A DNA stretch of 64,000 nucleotides, taken from positions 2,112,001 to 2,176,000 of the forward strand of contig CBDFIQ010000002.1 of the NCBI GenBank assembly GCA_965248195.1. Direction: 5' to 3'. How positions within the stretch are numbered: position 1 is the first letter of the stretch; the number at the start of each line of letters is the position of its first letter. The stretch is from Longimicrobiales bacterium (lineage in GTDB: Bacteria; Gemmatimonadota; Gemmatimonadetes; Longimicrobiales; Gaopeijiaceae). The notes below the pieces were generated by a model. It searched no databases. It had not been told where the DNA came from and was given only the letters and a program-made list of their open reading frames with translations. This document shows positions 8,708 to 18,271 of the stretch, piece after piece. Position numbers and translations under genes: made by a program.

Positions 8708-10069
8708 TCACTTCTCTCGGTTGAGACCGTATTTTTCAATTTTTTTGTAGAGGTTCGACCGCGGCATATCGATCTGGCGGGCGGTCTCGCTCACATTCCA
8801 GTCGTTTACGCGAAGCTTGTGCGCGATATACGCCATCTCGGCGTTCTCCTTGAACTCGCTGAAGGCCTCCACGTTGAGGAGAGCACTGCCTAGAGTGTCA
8901 CCGCTGGCGGTACCGGCAACCAGAGCGTCCACATCCTCCGCACGAACCACCTCGCCCGGCGAAAGAATCAAGAGCCGTTCTACCGTGTTCCGGAGTTCAC
9001 GAACGTTTCCGGGCCAATCGAGCTCCTCGAGCCGTGCCATCGCTCCGTCCTCGATCGTCTTGGGCGGTCCATGGTTCGATCGAACGGCCTGGGAGACGAA
9101 ATACGTGACCAGGGGGCGAACGTCCTCGCGTCGTTCACGCAGTGGGGGCACGACGATCGGGACCACGTTGAGCCTGTAAAAAAGATCCTCACGAAACCGG
9201 CCTTCGGCGATCTCCTTCGACAAGTCCTTGTTCGTCGCGGTGAACACGCGGACGTCTACGGTAATGGCCTTCGAGCCCCCCACCCGCGTAACAACCCCTT
9301 CTTCGAGCGCCCTCAGAACCTTGGCCTGAGCATCCAAAGACATGTCGCCGACTTCATCGAGAAAGAGCGTTCCATCTTGAGCTTGCTCGAACTTGCCGGC
9401 ATGGTCGGCGACTGCCCCGGTGAATGATCCCTTCATGTGGCCGAACAGCTCCGACTCGATCAGCTCAGAGGGGATCGCGGCGCAGTTGACGTCGATGAAG
9501 GGCCCCTCGCGCCTTGACGAAGCGTGATGGAGGGCACGAGCGACGAGCTCCTTTCCCGTGCCGTTCCCACCGGTGATGAGCACTCGCGCATCCGTAGGTG
9601 CGACCCTATCGACGCGCTCCATGACATCGCGCATCGCCTGTGACGAACCAACGATCTCGTGGCGCGTGCCGACCTCGCTTCGGAGCAACTGAACGCTCTC
9701 GGTGAGCCCCCGGAACTCCAGCGCGTTCCGGAGAGTCACGAGCAGCCGGCCCGTATCCAGAGGCTTCTCGAGAAAATCGAACGCTCCTTTTTGCGTCGCC
9801 TCGACCGCGGTATCGATCGTCCCGTGACCGCTGATCATGACCACGCAGGCATTCGCGTCGAGTTTGCGGATCCGTGAAAGCACCTCCAGGCCGTCGAGCC
9901 CTGACATTTTCACGTCCAGGAACGTGATGTGCGGGCGGAAGGCCTCGAAAGACTCCAAAGCCTCCGGCCCGTCTTCCGCGGTCACCACCTCGTGGTCCTC
10001 GTATTCGAAGACCTGCCTCAATGCACCGCGGATCGATTCTTCGTCATCGACGATCAGAATTCGGGGCAT
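8708..10069 (-). CDS. Sigma54-type response regulator (NtrX/NtrC family: REC-AAA+-HTH)
   Basis: ILIVDDE..FLDVKM receiver, G.NGTGKE, ESELFGH..GSFTGA, FREDLFYRLNV, WPGNVREL, Fis-type HTH. Confidence 0.93.
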   Translation of the reverse strand: MPRILIVDDEESIRGALRQVFEYEDHEVVTAEDGPEALESFEAFRPHITFLDVKMSGLDGLEVLSRIRKLDANACVVMISGHGTIDTAVEATQKGAFDFLEKPLDTGRLLVTLRNALEFRGLTESVQLLRSEVGTRHEIVGSSQAMRDVMERVDRVAPTDARVLITGGNGTGKELVARALHHASSRREGPFIDVNCAAIPSELIESELFGHMKGSFTGAVADHAGKFEQAQDGTLFLDEVGDMSLDAQAKVLRALEEGVVTRVGGSKAITVDVRVFTATNKDLSKEIAEGRFREDLFYRLNVVPIVVPPLRERREDVRPLVTYFVSQAVRSNHGPPKTIEDGAMARLEELDWPGNVRELRNTVERLLILSPGEVVRAEDVDALVAGTASGDTLGSALLNVEAFSEFKENAEMAYIAHKLRVNDWNVSETARQIDMPRSNLYKKIEKYGLNREK

Positions 10070-10091
10070 TCTTTCACCGTGAACGGGGAAT

Positions 10092-10757
10092 TCAACCGTC
10101 CCGCACCAGGATCAGGCGGTCGCGGAGCACATGGGCCGACCCTACCCCATCGGGTAGTCGAAATGCCAGCGCATCCTCGGGGAGCCCGGCGGTGCTCCTT
10201 CTGCCCAGGGCCGTCAAAATCTTGGGGGTCATTCCGTCGGGGAGCGGCACCGGAATGAAGGAGGCACGCACGCCATGTACGACGAGCGCAACCCCATCTT
10301 GCCCTAGCGGAGCAAGGGCACCTTCAACCGAGATGGAAACCGTGTCGGGAAGGAAGCCCCGTATCCCATCCAGGGTAGGCAACCCGGGAAAGGCCTCGAC
10401 CGCGATCCGGGCGGTCAGCGTCACGACACCATCTTGAAACTCCACGGCCGGACCCGAAACGCCCCCCGGGACCATCCCGGGGGCCGAATACCGAAGCACG
10501 GAAGCGACCTCCGCAGCGCTGAGACTAAGTTGATCCCCACCCTCTCCGCGGCTAAAGCGTTCGAAGCGATCCAGGGCGGCTTCAGCCAACTCCGGGGACG
10601 GCAAGACCTCCACCGTCCCCTCCTCTTCGGCGAACCAACCCTGCACCCTCGGGAACACCGCCGGCCCCCACCTCCACCCCGCAAAGGCGGCAACGATGAG
10701 CAAGCCCAAGAGCCACACCCTGCCCAGGCACCCCTTGAGACAACCCCTTCCGACCAC
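10092..10757 (-). CDS. Hypothetical membrane-anchored protein
   Basis: Coding-like ORF between thpR and the regulator; single N-terminal TM segment. Confidence 0.7.
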   Translation of the reverse strand: MVGRGCLKGCLGRVWLLGLLIVAAFAGWRWGPAVFPRVQGWFAEEEGTVEVLPSPELAEAALDRFERFSRGEGGDQLSLSAAEVASVLRYSAPGMVPGGVSGPAVEFQDGVVTLTARIAVEAFPGLPTLDGIRGFLPDTVSISVEGALAPLGQDGVALVVHGVRASFIPVPLPDGMTPKILTALGRRSTAGLPEDALAFRLPDGVGSAHVLRDRLILVRDG

Positions 10758-10760
10758 GGC

Positions 10761-11324
10761 TCAGCCCTCGAAAGAGGTACTGTGCTGCAGGGTATACCGA
10801 GCGGCCCCGCTCTTGGACAGTTGACTGCGCATCAAATCGAGCTTGCGGACCTTCACCTGGCCTTGGTAGGTCAAACTTGCGGCCTTGTCATCCAGACCGC
10901 GGAAGGCTCCGGCGCCACCCTTAGCATCCGCTCGTCCAAGCGTGAGATGTGGATGGAACGCCCTTGTTTCCCGCTCGAAGCCGCAACCCATGAGAGCCCA
11001 TTCGACATCCTGTTTCAAACAGCGCAGAGCGGGGCTCGGTTCGATGCCCACCCAGATCACCTGCGGGCGGCGGATGGTCGGAAAGGCGCCAAAACCCTCT
11101 ACGGCCAGATCGAGCTTTACCGTCGTCGAGGCCACATGATTGAGGGCATCCTGCACCCCATCCATACGGTCCTCCGGGACCTCGCCGAGAAACTTCAGGG
11201 TCACATGGTAGTGCGCCGGCTCCACCCAACGCACGGGAAGCTCACATTCCCGTAGGATCTTGGAAACCCGGTAGATTCGGTCGCGCTCCTTCTTGGGGAG
11301 GTTCAGCGCAACGAATAGACGCAT
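10761..11324 (-). CDS. thpR: RNA 2',3'-cyclic phosphodiesterase (2H phosphoesterase)
   Basis: MRLFVAL start, two HxT motifs (HVTLKFLG, HLTLGR). Confidence 0.92.
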   Translation of the reverse strand: MRLFVALNLPKKERDRIYRVSKILRECELPVRWVEPAHYHVTLKFLGEVPEDRMDGVQDALNHVASTTVKLDLAVEGFGAFPTIRRPQVIWVGIEPSPALRCLKQDVEWALMGCGFERETRAFHPHLTLGRADAKGGAGAFRGLDDKAASLTYQGQVKVRKLDLMRSQLSKSGAARYTLQHSTSFEG

Positions 11325-11482
11325 GGCCGAGATGGTGGAACCGAGGAAGGGGTCGAGCTCGACCCGGACGATCTTGCGGCGGTGTCGGCGAAGCCCGGAA
11401 AATACATGGCCAAAAGCTACCGGGATGGGGCGTAGCGTACAACCGGGCACGTCGCTTGGACATGCCCGCGAACGGCTTATGG

Positions 11483-12490
11483 TTAGCCTCGCCCCTCCAC
11501 CCACTCCCCATGAAGCCGGGATGGGTCGCCGGCGGAGCCCTGGTCCTGCCCGACGCCGACGATTCGCTGGGTCGGGTAGGCCAACTCGATGTCCGGCTCG
11601 TTTGACACGATGTCGAGAACACCCTCCCAGAGCGTCTCGTGGAAGGCCCTGCGCCGCCGCGGATCCGTGAGAAACCGCATCGACAAGCAGATCCCGTGGT
11701 CCAGCACCGAGGTATACACGGTCGACGTCACCGTGGCGTATGAAATCAACATCCGGCTCGGTCTCTTACGTAAGAATTCAGCCGCCCTATGGCTCGCCTC
11801 TAGACTCGCGTCGCTCACCATCTCCAGCAACAGCACTTTGGCCCTCCGCCAATCGCTCTCGAACGTGATCACAACGGGCACCTCATGCCACAAGAACGGG
11901 AACTCGGACGTATAGTTCGCGATCGGATCCGTCAGGATGTTCGCGTTCGGGATCCGAATCAGCCGTCCCGTGCTTTGGTCGCTATCCACCCAGTTGCCGA
12001 TCTCGAGCATATGGAAATTCAGAACCGATATGTCCACCACGTCGCCCGAATGGGAGCCGATCTGGATGCGGTCGCCCAGCTCGAAAGGCGGCTTGGTGAT
12101 CAAGATCAACCAGCCAGCCACATTCACGAGGACGTCTTTGAGCGCGATCGCCACACCGGCAGAAACCAACCCCAGGAAGGTCCCGACTTGCGACAAGCCG
12201 TCGACCCAGATGGCGACGGTGAAAAGCGTGGCGAGTCCCGTGGTGACGTAGGCGATCGTCTTCCCCCACCGGTACTGCACCACACGATTTGCCACCGTCC
12301 GGGAAATGATCTGCCGGCCGAGCCTGCGGATGAGCCACGCGCCGAATATTACACCGGCCGTGAGCCCGATTTCTCGCCACGGCAGGGTGTCGAACACGGA
12401 AATCCCTTGTAGAAGGCCCGTCCCCTGCATGAGCGTGCTGGAAAGCACGGCCCCGGTAGGTAAGACGAACGAGAATCCCAGCGTGATCAT
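11483..12490 (-). CDS. Small-conductance mechanosensitive channel (MscS family)
   Basis: TM helices, AGVAIALKD, PFELGDRIQI, IRIPN motif, C-terminal AYPTQ. Confidence 0.9.
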   Translation of the reverse strand: MITLGFSFVLPTGAVLSSTLMQGTGLLQGISVFDTLPWREIGLTAGVIFGAWLIRRLGRQIISRTVANRVVQYRWGKTIAYVTTGLATLFTVAIWVDGLSQVGTFLGLVSAGVAIALKDVLVNVAGWLILITKPPFELGDRIQIGSHSGDVVDISVLNFHMLEIGNWVDSDQSTGRLIRIPNANILTDPIANYTSEFPFLWHEVPVVITFESDWRRAKVLLLEMVSDASLEASHRAAEFLRKRPSRMLISYATVTSTVYTSVLDHGICLSMRFLTDPRRRRAFHETLWEGVLDIVSNEPDIELAYPTQRIVGVGQDQGSAGDPSRLHGEWVEGRG

Positions 12491-12678
12491 AGCCCCTTTG
12501 AAACCTGTCGTGCCCGCCGAATAGTGGCTGCTGAGTCGTGCCTGCCGAGCACGGCTCAGAGGGGCTCACGCGCGTCAACTCCGGCGGGAAGAATGACGAA
12601 ACCACATGATCGAGTGCCCTGTTCAAATCAGGTGATCATGCGTCGTAAATGCAAGGTTTTAAAACAGCTTTGCGTCCG

Positions 12679-13278
12679 TCAGCCGCGCGGGGCCGATAGC
12701 CCTAGTTGGCTCATGACGAACGTCCGTACCCCCTCCAAGCTGCTAGAGATTGAGACGCTGTCCGGCAACCGGGGGATCTCCTGATCCGATTCGACAAAAG
12801 CTATGACCGGTCGCTCGTACCTGACCGCGAGCCTGATTTCGCTAAGGGTCCCTGCATCTCCAGGCAGTGCCACGATTACGTCCGAGGAGAGGACGTTGAT
12901 ATGGTTTCGCGACATGGGCTCCGTGCCACGTTCACCACTCAAGGGAAGATGCGTCAGAACCGGAATCTCCACCCATTGGTTCGGATACCCGTCCTTTGGA
13001 TTCGGACCCCCACCCTTCGATTCCTCCGGCGACTCATCGCAAGGAAGAACGCCGATGACCAGCCCCTGGCGGTTGGGCGTGTCATAGAACGACTTACTGA
13101 CCGCCGCCATTACACCGCCTCCGCCTCCGGTCAGCAGGTGAACTCCACACCCTGCCAACCAGCGACCCAAAGCTGAAGCGCGCTCCAGATAGGGCCTGCT
13201 ACCGGATCCCATCACTCCGACGATGGGAAGGCGGATCACGGGAGGATCGTCCCCGCCGTCGACCGGGAGGATCACCAC
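12679..13278 (-). CDS. LOG/SLOG superfamily protein (molybdenum cofactor carrier-like)
   Basis: IVGVMGSG, LLTGGGGGVM, SRNHINVLSSD..VALPG..GTLSE. Confidence 0.82.
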   Translation of the reverse strand: MVILPVDGGDDPPVIRLPIVGVMGSGSRPYLERASALGRWLAGCGVHLLTGGGGGVMAAVSKSFYDTPNRQGLVIGVLPCDESPEESKGGGPNPKDGYPNQWVEIPVLTHLPLSGERGTEPMSRNHINVLSSDVIVALPGDAGTLSEIRLAVRYERPVIAFVESDQEIPRLPDSVSISSSLEGVRTFVMSQLGLSAPRG

Positions 13279-13324
13279 ACCGTCACCGGGAAATCACCAC
13301 GTTGTCAACCGGGACGATCACCAC
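13262..13324. repeat. Three imperfect 23-bp tandem units ACCGGGA-N1-2-ATCACCAC
   Basis: Units start at 13262, 13285, 13308. Confidence 0.7.
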
Positions 13325-13369
13325 GCCTTCGACGAAGACGCGAAGCCTGCGGGTCAGACGGGCCATCTC

Positions 13370-16038
13370 CTAATTTCCCACCCGCTCCCTGAGCACCTCG
13401 AAGAAGTTCTGGACGACCACGTCTCGAACAACGGCGCCCGCGATCCCCCCCAATCGGCCTGCGAGCAGACGCCGATCGTCGGGTGAGATGTCAAAGTGGC
13501 GAGTGCTCCTCGGTGCGAGGAATCCCAGCGTGCTAGCGAACGGCACGCGCGACTCCACCGCGAAGTCGGGATCCGTGCGGACCGTCGCCACCACCCAAGA
13601 GTTGTCGGCGGACTGATAAACGATCTCTCGACCGTTGTGCGCCCAGACCGGGCCAGTCCCCCCGTCAACGGAAACAGGGCTGACGCCCCCAGGGCCGGGG
13701 AAGGGCCGGACGTAGACTTCGTCCTGGCCGGACTCGTCGGATTGGTACGCCAGCCAGCGCCCGTCCGGCGAGAGGGATGGCACGGACTCCAGGAACGGTG
13801 TGTTCAGGATGGTTACAGCCGCACTGTCCGGGTGGGGGGCGGCGTAGTACAGGTCGCCACCGAGCGCGGTTTCGCCTGGGGTCTGAGCCTCGTACACGAG
13901 CCACCGCGCGTTCGGCGTCCAGAGGGCTTCGAAAATCTCAGCGCCCGATCCGGCACGAAGGAGCCGTGCTTCCCCACTCCGGTCCCAGGCCCGAGCGTAC
14001 ACCGCTCGCTCGCCATCCCGGTCGGAGAGGAACCCGACCTCAGCACCATCGGGGCTCCAAAACGGCCTCGTGTTCGTCCCCTCGAAAGTCAGTGGGGAAA
14101 ACGTCTCCTGATCGAGATCGTAGATCCAGATTTGCGACTCGGCGCTTCCCTCCGCCAAGTTTTGCATTGCTACTTTGCGCCCGTCGGGAGACACGCGAGG
14201 CACTTCGAACGCCCCGACCAACGTAGGATCCAGAACCTCCTCTGAGCCGTCTCGACCCACCCAAGTGGGTGTAAATTCCCCCGCGCCCCCTCCTCCGGGC
14301 CGGTACACCAACACCCCCGTCTCCGAGAGCGCGAAGTAACCGGCCGAGCCATTGTTGACCAGGATCCCCTCCAGGAGAGTCCGGCTCGGACCCGTGACCT
14401 CGAGCCGGTCGATGTCGAAGGGGGCCGCGAAGAGCGTCCCCTCTCCCGATGTATAGACGATGTGGCCCGAGTGGGCGTACCTCGCCATGGCGCCCTGGAA
14501 CAGCGTGGTGATCCGTCCGGTCTCGAGCGACAGGACCGAGATCGAGTCCGTGGTGGGTGTTCCGATGTCTCTCGTGAAGAGGACCCCCTTGCCGTTGGGC
14601 AGCACGTCCGGCCAGAGTTGGGCCTCTTCCCCCGGTTCGAGGCCGGTGACCGATTCCGATTCACCTCCGTTTGCGGACACGCGCCAGAGTCTCCCACGAC
14701 CAGCGTACCTGAAGTAGAGCATCCCATCCGGGCCCCACGCGAGTCCTGAGCTTGCTACCGCCTCGGAGACGAGGGTCAAGGGCGGAGCGCCGCCGAGCGA
14801 GACGGTCGTGAGGCTGCCGCCGCCCGTGAACGCGATGGACTCGCCATCCGGCGAGAAGCGCGGGTTTCGGGCGCTTGCCGTGCCGGCGATTGGGACGGGG
14901 GCGAGCTGGTCCAGCGGTCGCAGCCAGAGCTGCCGCCCCCCAGCGGCCGAGATTCCCACAAAAACGACGCGTGATCCGTCGGGGGATATCGTCAAGCTCA
15001 GGTTCCCGTTCCCGCCGAAGAGCCCGAGGCCGTCCGGCACGTTCAACTCGAAGCGCACGACCGGCGTCGGCGTGTCGGGGCGGAGGAGCGACCAGCCGAA
15101 GCCCAAGGTGGAGACAAGCGCCAGTGCGGCCAGGGCCATCGACAACGTTTTCCACGAACCTGCCCCTTCACCAGCGGCCGCCCCCGCGGGCTCCCCATAT
15201 CGGAATCCCGGATCGGCCAACGCCCTCACGAAGTCCTGAACTCCCGTGAACCTGTCCGCGGGCAGCTTCTCCAGGGCACAACGGACCGCCGCATCCACAT
15301 TGGGCGGGACCGAGGGCCGATGTTTGGCCGCTGACACCAGCTCACCCGCGATGATCTTGCCCAGCACCGCCTGCGCAGTCGTTCCCGGATAAGGCGGTTC
15401 ACCTACCAGCATCTCGTACAGCACGGAGCCCAGCGCGTAGGTGTCGGTGGAAGCTCCCACGGCCTGATCGCCCGTCGCCTGCTCGGGGGACATGTAGTGT
15501 GGAGTCCCGAGACTCAGGCCCGTTTCCGTTAAACGTCCTCCTCCAGCTGCCCCAACCGCCAACGCAATGCCGAAGTCCGAAACGACGGGCTTGCCTTCCA
15601 GCATGAGGACGTTCTCAGGCTTGATGTCGCGGTGAATCACGCCTTGGCGGTGAGCATAGTCGAGCCCTCGGCCACGTCGGTGGCGATGTGGACAGCCTCA
15701 CTCACCGGAAGCTGATGCTCGCGCTCGAGCCGGTCCTTCAGTGTGTCACCTTCCACGTAGGGCATCACGTAGAAGAGGAAGCCGTCGGCCTCGCCGGAGT
15801 CGAAGAGCGGGAGGATATTGGGATGTTGGAGCTTGGCTGTGACCTCGATCTCGGCCAGGAAGCGCTCGGCCCCGACAACCACGGCCAATTCCGGCTTCAA
15901 GACCTTGAGCGCCACGTTCCGGTGGTGCTTCAGATCCTCGGCCAGGTACACCGTGGCCATCCCGCCCTCGCCGAGCTCATGCTTGATCGCGTAGCGGCCC
16001 TTGAGGGCGGCGTTCAGACGGGTGACGGCATCCGACAT
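13370..16038 (-). pseudogene. Hanks-type Ser/Thr kinase + TM + TolB/PD40 beta-propeller, interrupted by a 1-nt frameshift near 15666
   Basis: ORF 15637-16038 has LGEGGMATVY and VALKVLK; ORF 13370-15640 starts at IHRDIKPEN with DFG and GTPHYMSPEQ; junction reads GAG GG CTC GAC TAT GCT CAC (E-x-LDYAH) with one base missing. Confidence 0.85.
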
Positions 16039-16102
16039 AGCAGACAAGATGTGTCTAACGCGTGTGGGGTTGCAAGCACCCCTGCCCCCGTCCCCGGCAG
16101 TT

Positions 16103-16126
16103 TCCCAGTTTCCGCGGAAACTGGGA
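16103..16126. repeat. Perfect 24-bp palindrome TCCCAGTTTCCGCGGAAACTGGGA
   Basis: Self-complementary; core shared with palindromes at 16898-16913 and 18105-18122. Confidence 0.95.
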
Positions 16127-16132
16127 TTACTC

Positions 16133-17776
16133 TCAGGCCGCGTCCTCGAACAGCTCGCCCTTCTCCAACTCACCTTTCTCGGGCTCGTCGTCCTCCAGCT
16201 CGCATCGCCTAGGCTCGTCGTTCTCCGTCTCACCCTTCTCTAGCTGGTCATTCTCCAGCTCGTCGTTCTCCGGGTCGTCGTTCTCCCCCCCGCCCTCATT
16301 CGGCTCGCCCAAGGAAAGGACCGCTTCCAGCGCCGCGTACTCGATCTCCCACGGGATGTCGTGGTCACGCTTCCATTTTGGCATCCCGCTCCGCCCGTCG
16401 GGCGTGATCCCACGCTCTCGGTTTCGTCTCACGAGCTCTTCGAAGGGATCCGGAGGGTGCTCCGGTAGCTGCGGCAGTTCGGGCAGCGGTGTCAGCTCCG
16501 GCATCGGTGTCAGCTCCAGCATCTGCGGCACCTCCGACATCTGCGGCATCAGCGGCACCTCCGCGAATGCCCTCCCTTGCGGCGTGAAGAAGACGATCTG
16601 ACCGTCGGCACCGCTATAGACGCTGTATCCGTCCTCGTGCACCCTCCGGTGGTGTCGCCTGCAGAGCAGCACCATATTCGCCAGTACGGTCTCGCCGCCG
16701 TCCGCCCAGTGCACGATGTGATGCGCGTCGGTAAACCGGAGCCCACAGCCTGGGAACCGGCACCCGCGGTCCCTGGCCTCGAGCGCACGCCGCAGTGCCG
16801 ACGGCACGGTGCGGGTCCGACGGCCGACATCGAGCACGGAGCCGTCAGAGTCGCTCTGTACTTCGACTCGGCCGGCGTCGCACGCGAGTCTCCGGGCAGT
16901 TTCCGCGGAAACTCGCGTGCCGTCTTCGAACTCGGACATGCCGGGCTCGACTTGCTCGGCAAGCGTCTCCGGCTCGACGTGCAGCATGACCTGATAGCGC
17001 TCCGGCCGGGAGCCCGAGATAGGCGCTGCGTTCCCGCCGAAGCCCGCCGCGAGGGCCCGCTCGGCCAAGAGCCCCACCGCGTCGGCTCGCAGCTGCTGGG
17101 GCTCCGCCCGCTCGCCGTCGTCCTTGGCTGACTCGGCGAAGAGCGCGTCGCTCGCCGCCTCGACCGCCCGCATGAGCACGGTCGCGACCTCCGGGGTCAA
17201 CCGTCCCTTCACGACGTACATCCCGTCCTCGTCGGGGAAGACCGAGAAACGGCGGCCGCGATGCCTGATTCGCTCCGCCCGCTGCTCGTCGGAGCGGCCG
17301 AGCGTCTTCCAGCTCCGGACCAGCCGCTCCAGGTTCGCGGCCGAGCCGGCACGGGCGAACTCCAGCAGCTCGGACTCATTGTCGGCCGTGGCCGCACGGG
17401 TGAGCGACCGGACCTTCGAGTACGAGATTTCTCCCCGGGCCATCGCGTCTGAGATGAGCGGAAGGCCTTCGAGCGCCCGTGCGGCCCGGACCTTCTCGTT
17501 CGCCGTGTTCCTCGTGATGCCGATCCGCCACGCCAGCCACTCGGCACACGAGCCGAAGTCCTCTTCCGCCCAGTCGCAATGGCGGTCCGACTTCGCGAGC
17601 GCCCTCAGGAACTCGCGAGTCGTGGCCGTGATCTCACCGTAGAGCACCGCGACACGGTCCATGCGGTCCTGGCGCACGTCGGACTCGAGTCCGGCCCGAT
17701 CCATCGTCTCCATCGTTTCCGTGGATTCCATCGTTTCCATGGTTCCCACTGTCTCCATCACCCCTCCCATCCCCAT
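16133..17776 (-). CDS. DUF222 (13E12-repeat-like) protein with C-terminal HNH endonuclease domain
   Basis: ARRLACDA, DVGRRTR, RDRGCRFPGC..DAHHIVHWADGGET.L.N..LLCRRHHRRVH. Confidence 0.9.
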   Translation of the reverse strand: MGMGGVMETVGTMETMESTETMETMDRAGLESDVRQDRMDRVAVLYGEITATTREFLRALAKSDRHCDWAEEDFGSCAEWLAWRIGITRNTANEKVRAARALEGLPLISDAMARGEISYSKVRSLTRAATADNESELLEFARAGSAANLERLVRSWKTLGRSDEQRAERIRHRGRRFSVFPDEDGMYVVKGRLTPEVATVLMRAVEAASDALFAESAKDDGERAEPQQLRADAVGLLAERALAAGFGGNAAPISGSRPERYQVMLHVEPETLAEQVEPGMSEFEDGTRVSAETARRLACDAGRVEVQSDSDGSVLDVGRRTRTVPSALRRALEARDRGCRFPGCGLRFTDAHHIVHWADGGETVLANMVLLCRRHHRRVHEDGYSVYSGADGQIVFFTPQGRAFAEVPLMPQMSEVPQMLELTPMPELTPLPELPQLPEHPPDPFEELVRRNRERGITPDGRSGMPKWKRDHDIPWEIEYAALEAVLSLGEPNEGGGENDDPENDELENDQLEKGETENDEPRRCELEDDEPEKGELEKGELFEDAA

Positions 17777-17981
17777 TGGTTACAACGAGTTAGGTCACAA
17801 TATAACAGGGTGATTCTCGAGGCTCTGGGAGGCCGCTAGACTGAAAAAGGGGGGTTGGTAGACCTTCAAACGAGGCCTCGGGTCGCCACGCGGTTCCACG
17901 CCCAGCGACCGGCCTCAGGAGCGAAGCACGAGCCACGTCCCGGACCACCCCCAGAGCCCGTCCCCAGATCTGTCAATGGCT

Positions 17982-18074
17982 GAATGGGACGGATCGATGT
18001 CTGGATGGGACGGATCGATGTCCGGGTGGGACGGACCCACGTCCGGATGGGAGGCATCGATCGCCGGATGGTAC
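17982..18074. repeat. About 4.5 imperfect 21-bp tandem units (GGATGGGACGGATCGATGTCC consensus)
   Basis: Units start at 17982, 18003, 18024, 18045, 18066; no spacers. Confidence 0.85.
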
Positions 18075-18104
18075 CCGTCACCGCGGCGCGTCTCGTTTTC
18101 TGCT

Positions 18105-18122
18105 CGATTTCCGCGGAAATCG
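18105..18122. repeat. Perfect 18-bp palindrome CGATTTCCGCGGAAATCG
   Basis: Self-complementary; same TTTCCGCGGAAA core. Confidence 0.95.
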
Positions 18123-18271
18123 TGTGTGCAACGCACGTGACCCACGTATCGTCAGGCAAGGCCGCTTGGACACACGGTCGCTTTGGCCACGGCCACCTGC
18201 ACCCTGCACCTCCGTTGCCGACCCGATGGCGCAGGAGGAGAGTGGATTAGAGCCTCAGCTCAAACTGCCGC

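Noticed and set aside
17982..18074. CRISPR array
   Set aside because: Units abut with no unique spacers and there are no cas genes.
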